From Macrostomum lignano (lineage: Eukaryota): a DNA stretch of 64,000 nucleotides. This document shows, in pieces, positions 53,322-64,000 of the stretch. The stretch covers positions 124,001-188,000 of the forward strand of contig NIVC01000003.1 in the NCBI GenBank assembly GCA_002269645.1. The letters run 5' to 3'. Numbering within the stretch: position 1 is the stretch's first letter; each line of letters opens with the position of its first letter. The notes below the pieces were generated by a model. That model was not told the DNA's origin. It saw only the letters and a list, made by a program, of their open reading frames with translations, and searched no databases. A program made the translations under genes and the position numbers.

Positions 53322-55141
53322 GGTTTAAAAACAAATATATTGGCAGTGAAGTTATTGTAACATAATTTCAATATATATATATGCTACTTTTGGGGGTGCA
53401 CTGAGCAGTGTTGAGTAAAGATGTGTACGTATAATTAGTTAAAAACGTGAGTTGAAGCACGCTGATTGGTTAAAGATTGGCAGCTTAAAGCCTTGCACAA
53501 AAAATATTAAAGATGTTAGGTGCTATAGAAAAACAGATTTAGAGCGTAGAAGTGTATGAATAAGCATCTTGAAAAGTTCAACAAATAAGTTATTTACGCC
53601 CGTAGAATTGAGAACAAATATTAAATTAAAACAGAGCACTGAGAACTTTTCAAAAAGAAGTGCAAGTAAATAGATGTTATTACATAAACAGTAAATAAAT
53701 TGAGTCGCCAGGCAGGCCACTAGTTGCAGTTGGCGGCGTCTGGTCACAGATCGCCGCCTGCACAGCCCCTGGTCACAGGCGACTGGGCACTGCAGATCAG
53801 TTGAGGCTAGATTATCAGTAGTAGTAGCACTAGTAGTTGCAGTAGTAGCTCGTAGTAGTAGTAATGGAAGTAGTAGTAGTACAAGTATTAGTAGAGTAGT
53901 AGTAGAGCAGTCGTAGGCGTAGTCGTAGTAGAGGCGTACTGGTAAGCAGTTATTTGAAGTAGCCAGGCAGGCCACTAGTCGCAGTTGGCGGCGTCTGGTC
54001 ACAGATCGCCGCCTGCACAGCCCCTGGTCACAGGCGACTGGGCACTGCAGATCAGTTGAGGCTAGATTATCAGTAGTAGTAGCACTAGTAGTTGCAGTAG
54101 TAGCTCGTAGTAGTAGTAATGGAAGTAGTAGTAGTACAAGTATTAGTAGAGTAGTAGTAGAGCAGTCGTAGGCGTAGTCGTAGTAGAGGCGTACTGGTAA
54201 GCAGTTATTTGAAGTAGCCAGGCAGGCCACTAGTCGCAGTTGGCGGCGTCTGGTCACAGATCGCCGCCTGCACAGCCCCTGGTCACAGGCGACTGGGCAC
54301 TGCAGATCAGTTGAGGCTAGATTATCAGTAGTAGTAGCACTAGTAGTTGCAGTAGTAGCTCGTAGTAGTAGTAATGGAAGTAGTAGTAGTACAAGTATTA
54401 GTAGAGTAGTAGTAGAGCAGTCGTAGGCGTAGTCGTAGTAGAGACGTACTGGTAAGCAGTTATTTGAAGTAGCCAGGCAGGCCACTAGTCGCAGTTGGCG
54501 GCGTCTGGTCACAGATCGCCGCCTGCACAGCCCCTGGTCACAGGCGACTGGGCACTGCAGATCAGTTGAGGCTAGATTATCAGTAGTAGTAGCACTAGTA
54601 GTTGCAGTAGTAGCTCGTAGTAGTAGTAATGGAAGTAGTAGTAGTACAAGTATTAGTAGAGTAGTAGTAGAGCAGTCGTAGGCGTAGTCGTAGTAGAGAC
54701 GTACTGGTAAGCAGTTATTTGAAGTAGCCAGGCAGGCCACTAGTCGCAGTTGGCGGCGTCTGGTCACAGATCGCCGCCTGCACAGCCCCTGGTCACAGGC
54801 GACTGGGCACTGCGGATCAGTTGAAGCTAGATTTTCAGTAGTAGTAGCACTAGTAGTTGCAGTAGTAGTAGTAGTGGTAGTAGAGTAGTAGTAGTACAGT
54901 CGTAGTCGTAGCCGTAGTCGTAGTAGTGTCGTGCGTCTTAAATATTCAGCTGCAGAAATAGTACTCTTGCTTATCCCAAGTAGATTTTTGGCGGAGAATA
55001 GCTCGTATACGAAGATATTTTGTTGACAAACATGGCGAGCCTCAATAATAGTCCGGTCCTGGGTACAGATATTCATAAGGCAGTTTGAAACTGCAAACCA
55101 CGCACTCGGAAGATATTGAAGGTTACCAGTTGTCGAATGTT

Positions 55142-55197
55142 CGAAAAAAACCGATATTTCGGCCCAGACTGGGCCTTCGTCAGGGTTTATTTATTCG
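55142..55197 (-). ncRNA. Minimal type I hammerhead ribozyme (copy 4)
   Basis: Identical to copy 1; predicted cleavage at 55153/55152. Confidence 0.88.
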
Positions 55198-55459
55198 GGT
55201 TTAAAAACAAATATATTGGCAGTGAAGTTATTGTAACATAATTTCAATATATATATATGCTACTTTTGGGGGTGCACTGAGCAGTGTTGAGTAAAGATGT
55301 GTACGTATAATTAGTTAAAAACGTGAGTTGAAGCACGCTGATTGGTTAAAGATTGGCAGCTTAAAGCCTTGCACAAAAAATATTAAAGATGTTAGGTGCT
55401 ATAGAAAAACAGATTTAGAGCGTAGAAGTGTATGAATAAGCATCTTGAAAAGTTCAACC

Positions 55460-56630
<1,171 letters not shown>

Positions 56631-57341
56631 AATAAGCAGGCAGGCCAAGTGCATCTTCAGTGAATTTCACCGCCTGACCACTGAAGAGTGGTGGCTGGCA
56701 CAATGGCGGTCCAGCTGCACTGAGTGGAGGCTGGGAAACGCCAGCGGCGAGGAAGGAAGAAAAAGAGAGTCAAGCGGGCCCCCTCTCTCATTTCCTGCTG
56801 GGAAATTTCAGCAAACAATGAGCCCTCTGAGCCTCTAGTTGGACAGCGCATTGTGATGCCAGAGCACACAAGGCTGCTTGGATTATAAGATTTTCGGGGC
56901 CAGATCCTTGGAGTCTGTCTTTGAGTCCCAAAGAGGGGGAGGCGTGCGCCGGAGGCCGAGCAGCTGCAGGCCCGCAGTGTGACAGAAGAAATTGGTGAAG
57001 GCAGAAACTCCAAAGTATAAAATTAGAAGTTTTCGGGCATCCCGCAAACCCAAGTAGATTTTATAATAAACAGCATCTGAGCAGCTGCTGGCCAATAGAA
57101 AGCAGGGGGCTCTGACAGCCCCAGCCGTATTTTACCCACTCTCTGGCCTACTCAGCCAGACTCCATCATTGCTGCTCACAGCTCCCGTCTGTCTGCTTTG
57201 GACATCTTTCTGTTGGTTTCCTCCGGTTCGTAAAGGTGAAGAAGATTGTGCTTTGTTCATACTGCTGCTTCTGTAAGCAATTCGATAGTCTACTGATCTC
57301 CGCATGACGCTCGGCATGGTGAGCATGGTTTGATTTCCAAA

Positions 57342-57802
57342 TCCCGATCCCAATCCCGATCTCAATCCCGATCCTGATCCCTATCCCAATCCCGATCTCA
57401 ATCCCGATCCTGATCCCTATCCCGATCCTGATCCCAATCCCGATCCCGATCCCAATCTGGATCCCGATCTCGATCCCAATCCCAATCCCAATCCCGATCC
57501 CAATCCCGATCTCAATCCCGATCCTGATCCCTATCCCGATCCTGATCCCTATCCCGATCCTGATCCCAATCCCGATCCCGATCCCAATCTGGATCCCGAT
57601 CCCAATCTGGATCCCGATCTCGATCCCAATCCCAATCCCGATCCCAATCCCGATCTCAATCCCGATCCTGATCCCTATCCCGATCCTGATCCCAATCCCG
57701 ATCCCGATCCCAATCTGGATCCCGATCTCGATCCCAATCCCAATCCCAATCCCGATCCCAATCCCGATCCCAATCCCAATCCCGATCCCGATCCCGATCC
57801 CA
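57342..57802. repeat. (ATCCCR)n hexamer satellite
   Basis: Direct reading; gives the spurious (GI)n ORF. Confidence 0.95.
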
Positions 57803-58451
57803 ATACTAACCATAGTCATTGCAATTGAGTTCTTAAAAATCGCGGCACCAATTTGCTGCAGACCTTTCCATCGGGGAATCACGGGATCACCTGTTGCCGC
57901 TCCCACGCAGGCCCCCCACTCCGTACAAGGCCGCCCCTAAAAAATTCAAATTGCTTGAACTTTTGCTTAAGAAAAATGAATGCTTTTTAAAATCATGCCG
58001 CTCAGCTTTGACTGGGGAAAATTTCCTCAATCAGCAAAATTTGCCGCTGCTCGCGGGGCTTTGAGTGGCATAATTGAAGCTTCAATGAGAAAAGATGAGG
58101 CAGAAAGCTAAAAGCGGAGGTGACGACTCTGCTTCAAGAAGGAAAGAAGAAGATCTTTTGCTTGGAGCCGTCTGTGCTAAAAAAGGGCGTCGCCCCGCCG
58201 TCTGCTTGTGGCAGGAGAGGCAATTCACGACTCCGCCTTCCCGACATCGCCATGGCGCAGAGCCGGGGCGGCGGTCGGAATGAGTTTCCCGCCCCCCCCC
58301 CCAGAGTCCTCTGGCGAAAACCGGAGTGCGCGCCAGAGAAATGTGATTAACATGGCGGGTGATTAATCGGCTTGCGGCCTCTGCATAGGTCCCTGCTCAC
58401 TGCTGCCACACAGCGGGCTGGGAGAGAGGGCGGAGTGAGGGAGAGAGGATG

Positions 58452-58935
58452 CGATAGGAGAGGGGTGAGATAGGAGAGGGGTGAGATAGGAGAGGGGTGA
58501 GATAGGAGAGGGGTGAGATAGGAGAGGGGTGAGATAGGAGAGGGGTGAGATAGGAGAGGGGTGAGATAGGAGAGGGGTGAGATAGGAGAGGGGTGAGATA
58601 GGAGAGGGGTGAGATAGGAGAGGGGTGAGATAGGAGAGGGGTGAGATAGGAGAGGGGTGAGATAGGAGAGGGGTGAGATAGGAGAGGGGTGAGATAGGAG
58701 AGGGGTGAGATAGGAGAGGGGTGAGATAGAAGAGGGGTGAGATAGGAGAGGGGTGAGATAGGAGAGGGGTGAGGTAAGAGAGGGGTGAGATAGAAGAGGG
58801 GTGAGATAGGAGAGGGGTGAGATAGGAGAGGGGTGAGATAGGAAAGGGGTGAGATAGGAGAGGGGTGAGATAGGAGAGGGGTGAGATAGGAGAGGGGTGA
58901 GGTAAGAGAGGAGTGAGATAGGAGAGGGGTGAGAT
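58452..58935. repeat. 16-bp minisatellite (GATAGGAGAGGGGTGA)
   Basis: About 30 copies. Confidence 0.96.
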
Positions 58936-59643
58936 TGGAGTGATAGAAGAGATGCTGGGATTACAGTGATGGAGGGGGTGATATAGGAGAGCGACATAAA
59001 GGGTAAGATAGGAGATAGGAGGAGAGTGAGGGGAACTTAAGGAGAGGGAGGACAGCGGGGAGAGAGACGCGGGGAAGCGCTGTCTTCACTAGCTCGACAT
59101 CAAATCTCGTAATAGAAGAATTGGAATGAGCGACAGGCAGGAGACAGGTGGAAGATGAGCGCACGGCCTTGGTGTGTCGGCATGAAAGTGCAAGCGACAG
59201 GCAGGCATCCGGGGTCGGGCAGTCCAGCTGATAGGCTGAGGCATCTTCAAACTGCGAGAAACACAAAATCGCAAGTTGTCAATCAGTCAGATCTGCTGTG
59301 TCACGCGAGACTGGGAGGCTGCATTGAAAGCTGCGAATTTCAAGCCGACTGATGCGAAACAAGAAACATTCTAGCTTTTGGCTTGCCTGCTTTCGCTTTT
59401 TTGTTAGTCTACTAAATGGCTCTCTCATGCTCATTGCTCATGCTGGATGGTTCTCTCATGCTCATTGCTCATGCTAGATGGTTCAGCCGACTGACTGCTG
59501 CCCCATCACAGCGGGGTAAATTGGAGCTCAGCTTCCTTTTCTACTCTTTTACTGTTGCTGTGCACTAACCGCAGCCGTTTCTGCTCAACTTCTAGTGCTG
59601 GCTGTGTGTGTATTCAATAACCATCTTGGGCTAGCGATCCGTT

Positions 59644-59767
59644 TGATGCTACCCTCCGGGTGTCCTTGATGCTACCCTCCGGATGTCCCTGATGCTACCC
59701 TCCGGATGTCCCTGATGCTACCCTCCGGATGTCCCTGATGCTACCCTCCGGATGTCCCTGATGCTAC
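59644..59767. repeat. 23-bp minisatellite (GATGCTACCCTCCGGATGTCCCT)
   Basis: About 5 copies just upstream of an acceptor. Confidence 0.9.
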
Positions 59768-59811
59768 CTTTACTTCCGGTTTCTGAGCTAATTAGTCACC
59801 TGAAACTCCAG

Positions 59812-62524
59812 GCCGCGGGCCCTCGTTGCCATGGAGAATCCCGGCTGGTCGGGCAGCCCGCTGGCTCAGAAATCCTCGGCCGCCGGGCAGCCGCCGCAGC
59901 GCGGGCCGGCAGCGCCTGAACTCGTCACCCCGGGCGTTGTGGTTCACCCGGCCGAGGCCGGCACCCCGGCCACCCTCGTCCACAAGGGCAGCCGAGTGCT
60001 GATGCTGCGGGCGAGGGCCGGACAGACCGCCTTCCCGATGTCCAGCCTGCAGGCGGCGACCGGCGGCGGCGGCGGCAGCGGCGGCGGCCCGTCCACGTCC
60101 GGGACGTCCGGACAGCAGCCGCACCACTCGCTGCAGCCGCTGCCGCTCAAGTCGGTGGCAGGCGACTACGTCAGGTGGGCTGTTCTTTGTTTAAATCGGC
60201 GCGGAGTTTTTAGTTCGATGACACAAAACAAAAACAAGAACTGACATTGAAAGGTGCATGTGAACTTGAACTTACCTCAGTACCTGGTAGACGTCTTACC
60301 AGAGTCCCTCGCCTTGAACTTTCCACCCAGAGAGAAGCGAGCTGACAAGCAATACGGCAAAGCTAGAAAGAAATTACGTCTGATGTACTTTCAGAGAAAA
60401 GCCGACTGTTCTAAGGTCTGCAGACTTTCTTGCCATAGAATCACGCGGCAACCTCGTGTGCATTCTGCCTCCTATGTATATTTAAACGGACGCTTGTCAT
60501 CAGAAAATCTACAAACGTCAGAATACGATCTTCCCCTTAAAAGTACATGTGGCTCAACTTAATGATCGTTATGCCGTGTTGTTTGCCTGCTCTCTGTCAG
60601 GTAGTCAGGTAGTCTATGGCCGGGAGGCTAGTCAGGTAGTCTAAGGCCGGGAGGCTAGTCAGGTAGTCTATGGCCGGGAGCTAGTCAGGGAGTCTATGGC
60701 TGGGAGGCTAGTCAAGTAGTCTATGGCCGGAAGCTAGTCAGGTAGTCTATGGCCGGGAGCTAGTCAAGTAGTCTATGGCCGGGAGGCTAGTCAGGTAGTC
60801 TATGGCCGGGAGGCTAGTCAGGTAGTCTATGGCCGGGAGCTAGTCAGGTAGTCTATGGCCGGGAGGCTAGTCAAGTAGTCTATGGCCGGAAGCTAGTCAG
60901 GTAGTCTATGGCCGGGAGCTAGTCAAGTAGTCTATGGCCGGAAGCTAGTCAGGTAGTCTATGGCCAAAAGTTAAAAAGTGAGAATCCTAAATGAAAAGCG
61001 CTATTTTGAGCTAATTTTGGGCTGTAGTAGGGACCAAAGGAGACGCAACAGAGATTTCATGCAATCTTAAGGCTCTGGAATGCTTTCTTGTCTGCTACCG
61101 CACAGTTTTAATAGAAGTGTAACAACGCCAACTAATAAAATAATTTTACCTCCCTCAATCAATGTCACCTCCAATCAATGTTAATTTACATTTGCAATTT
61201 ACAATCAGCTAATTGCTTTATTGCTCGCTAATCATGACGCCCGGCTACTCAGCCAGACTGTGACCCTGTGAGAACAATTACCTGATTGCAGCCCATTGTA
61301 CTGTACCGCCTGTGAGCGGCACGTTGGCCGGATCTTTGCTTTGTCAAATAACTAAACTGTGCCCCGTATGCATTCCCAGGCCAGATGTCTGGATCAGCAG
61401 CCAGCCCACAGAATGGCCACAGCAGCCTCAGCGCAGGTGACTCGGGGTTTCATTGCATTTTAAATAAAGCTGCAATTGTCTCCAGTGTGGGAACTGCTGA
61501 GGCAGGTGTTTGACAGGGAGAGACAGGAAGAGACAGGGAAAGACAGGGAGAGATAAGGGAGAGACAGGGAGAGACAAGGGAGAGACAGGGAGAGTCACGG
61601 ACAGACAGGGACAAACAGAGACAGACAGGGACAGACAGGGACAGACAGTAAGAGACACAGACAGACGGGGAGAGACACAGACAAACAGAGACAGGCAGAG
61701 ACAGGCAAGACAGACTGGGACAGGCAACAGACAGGGACAGACAGGGACAGACAGGGACAGGCAGGGACAGACAGGGACAGACAGGGACAGACAGGGACAG
61801 ACAGGGACAGACAGGGACAGACAGGGACAGACAGGGACAGACAGGGACAGACAGGGACAGGCAGGGACAGACAGGGACAGGCAGGGACAGACAGGGACAG
61901 ACAGGGACACAGGAACAGGGACAGGCGGATTCAGCACTCAGAGGCCAGTCTGCACGCATGCATCAAACGGCCAATCACTCAGTTTGACTCCCCCGCCGAC
62001 TTCAGAGGTGCCAACTTCTTCGTCCGAGACGAGTCCCCCGTGCCGGACTCGGGGCCTCGTCTGCAGCACCAGCGCCAGCGGGATCGTCGAGACGACAGCG
62101 AAGACAGCGGCAGCGACGGTCAAAGCGAAGGCGACCCGATGGCGTCATCGTCAGAGGCGGCTGCTCTAGCAGCGGCGGCCGCGGTGGGCGCTTCGATGCA
62201 GTCAGATGAGCATGAGAATGTCCTGGCGCAGGCGCAGTACCAGGCCAGGCAGACTTTTCCCAGGTAGGAGCAGCGAGACCGCTGACTGGGTGATTCATAG
62301 AATGAGTGAGTGACTGACTGACTGACTGACTGACTGACTGACTGACTGACTGACTGACTGACTGACTGACTGACTGACTGACTGACTGACTGACTGACTG
62401 ACTGACTGACTTGAGTGAGTGGGTGACTGACTGACTGACTGACTGACTGACTGACTGACTGACTGACTGACTGACTGACTGACTGACTGACTGACTGACT
62501 GACTGACTGACTTGAGTGAGTGGG

Positions 62525-62568
<44 letters not shown>

Positions 62569-63670
62569 TGACTGACTGACTGACTGACTGACTGACTGAC
62601 TGACTGACTGACTGACTGACTGACTGACTGACTGACTGACTGACTGACTGACTGACTGACTGACTGACTGACTGACTGACTGACTGACTGACTGACTGAC
62701 TGACTGACTGACTGACTGACTGACTGACTGACTGACTGACTGACTGACTGACTGACTGACTGACTGACTGACTGACTGACTGACTGACTGACTGACTGAC
62801 TGACTGACTGACTGACTGACTGACTGACTGACTGACTGACTGACTGACTGACTGAATTATTGAGTGAGTGAGTGAGTGAGTGAGTGAATCCAAAATGAAG
62901 CCAAAATAAAATGAGATCAAAACACTGATCGTGGAATCCACTGCAAAAAGAACCAAAACTTCGGCATTTCAGGTTCGTGATTCTCCACTACTCTCCGTTC
63001 AAAGCAGTGTGGGACTGGGTGATCCTCATGCTGGTGCTGTACACCGCGGTGTTCACTCCGTACACGGCGGCATTCTTGCTCAACGAGGACAAGACCAAGA
63101 TGAAACTGAATGAGGTGCAGGTTTTGAATTGAAAGATTTCAGTTTCAGATAGTGTAGATAGCGGATAGATCAGTTCTAGACAACTGATGGATCAGTCCTA
63201 GACAGCTGATAGATCAGTCCTAGACAGCTGATAGATCAGTCCTAGACAGCTGATAGATCAGTCCTAGACAGCTGATAGATCAGTCCTAGACAGCTGATAG
63301 ATCAGTCCTAGACAGCTGATAGATCAGTCCTAGACAGCTGATAGATCAGTCCTAGACAGCTGATGGATCAGTTCTAGACAGCTGATAGATCAGTCCTAGA
63401 CAGCTGATAGATCAGTCCCAGACAGCTGATGGATCAGTCCCAGACAGCTGATAGAACAGTCATAGTCAGCAGATAGACCCAACCCACTTCCAGGACTCGA
63501 AGACTCGCTCCTCCGTGTCGCAGTCAACCACCCGGATCCTCTGGTGATCATTGATCTCATCGTGGACGTCACCTTCATCGCGGACATCCTCATCAACTTC
63601 AGGACAACCTACGTGCACAATGGCGAGGTGATCAGCGACCCGCAGAAGATCGCCCTGAACTACATGAAAG
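59812..63670 (+). CDS. KCNH2: ERG-type (KCNH2/6/7-like) voltage-gated K+ channel, N-linker to S2 region; continues past the right edge
   Basis: Exons 59812-60174, 62006-62263, 62973-63114 and 63494-63670. [36 protein letters not shown] (S1) and [27 protein letters not shown]...KIALNYMKG (S2) are ERG-specific. An apparent 1-nt deletion sits in the C run at 63531-33. The symbol indicates subfamily, not strict orthology. Confidence 0.9.
60597..60965. repeat. 27-28-bp minisatellite (GCTAGTCAGGTAGTCTATGGCCGGGAG), intronic
   Basis: About 13 copies. Confidence 0.95.
61515..61925. repeat. (GACAGGGACA)n-type repeat, intronic
   Basis: Direct reading. Confidence 0.92.
62310..62855. repeat. (GACT)n microsatellite, intronic
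   Basis: Direct reading. Confidence 0.97.
63175..63460. repeat. 22-bp minisatellite (CAGCTGATAGATCAGTCCTAGA), intronic
   Basis: About 13 copies. Confidence 0.95.
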
Positions 63671-64000
63671 GTGAGCTGACGGTCGGGGGTTCGAATTTCT
63701 CGAACAGAAACAGCTGGTCCTGAGGCAATGAAATGTTGCACTGGAAAGCTGCGTGTTTTGAGCTTTGCTTGAAAATTGTCTTCTTCTGCTGCCCCCTTCT
63801 GCCCCCCCCCCCCGGGTTTCTCTCTCGCAGCCCAAAAGAAACACGAGCGCGGGGAGGAGAGCCGAGGCAGCGCCGGCCATCGACCCGGCCATCGACCCGG
63901 CCATCGACCCGGCCGATTTGTAGTAGAAAATGGGCGCTGCTGCGAAACTCCTCCCCAACAGCTTCGCTCGCTTCAGTCCCGTCCCCTGCGGGCGCGAACT

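Larger units (their letters stand above)
49699..55459 (-). mobile_element. Tandem hammerhead-ribozyme-bearing element (retrozyme or non-autonomous Penelope-like), 3 full units plus 1 partial unit, inserted in (GATA)n
   Basis: Unit boundaries at GATATTCATAAGG (49696, 51571, 53192, 55068) give units of 1875, 1621 and 1876 bp, differing by one 255-bp subrepeat. One hammerhead per unit. GATA arrays on both sides. Confidence 0.85.

Noticed and set aside
60254-60562. 102-aa intronic ORF in KCNH
   Set aside because: Non-ATG start, no recognisable motif and no splice signals.

Overview
Eukaryotic (animal) genomic DNA with GC-rich exons, canonical GT-AG introns and a very high load of micro- and minisatellites. 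The style is reminiscent of the flatworm Macrostomum, but that taxon is inference only. Genes reconstructed by hand: HACD3/PTPLAD1 (minus strand, runs off the left edge); an intronless RRP1B/Nop52 gene with a 1-nt frameshift, followed immediately by a highly diverged second Nop52-family gene with an in-frame TGA; a small orphan gene; MGST3; a disrupted F-type lectin; a neuropeptide precursor encoding 12 copies of ARGFL-amide; and the 5' part of an ERG/KCNH potassium channel. About 2.7-14.5 kb is an AT-rich, CpG-depleted transposon graveyard (mariner, Merlin, Penelope-like and hAT-like remnants) whose decay includes many CAG/CTG-context C>T changes. The most striking element is a 5.76-kb tandem array of 1.6-1.9-kb units inserted in a (GATA)n microsatellite. 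Each unit carries a minimal type I hammerhead ribozyme and a long same-strand ORF, resembling a Penelope-mobilised retrozyme. Most long ORFs in the supplied track are satellite artefacts. At least one frameshift looks like a homopolymer sequencing error, so indel-based claims need read validation.
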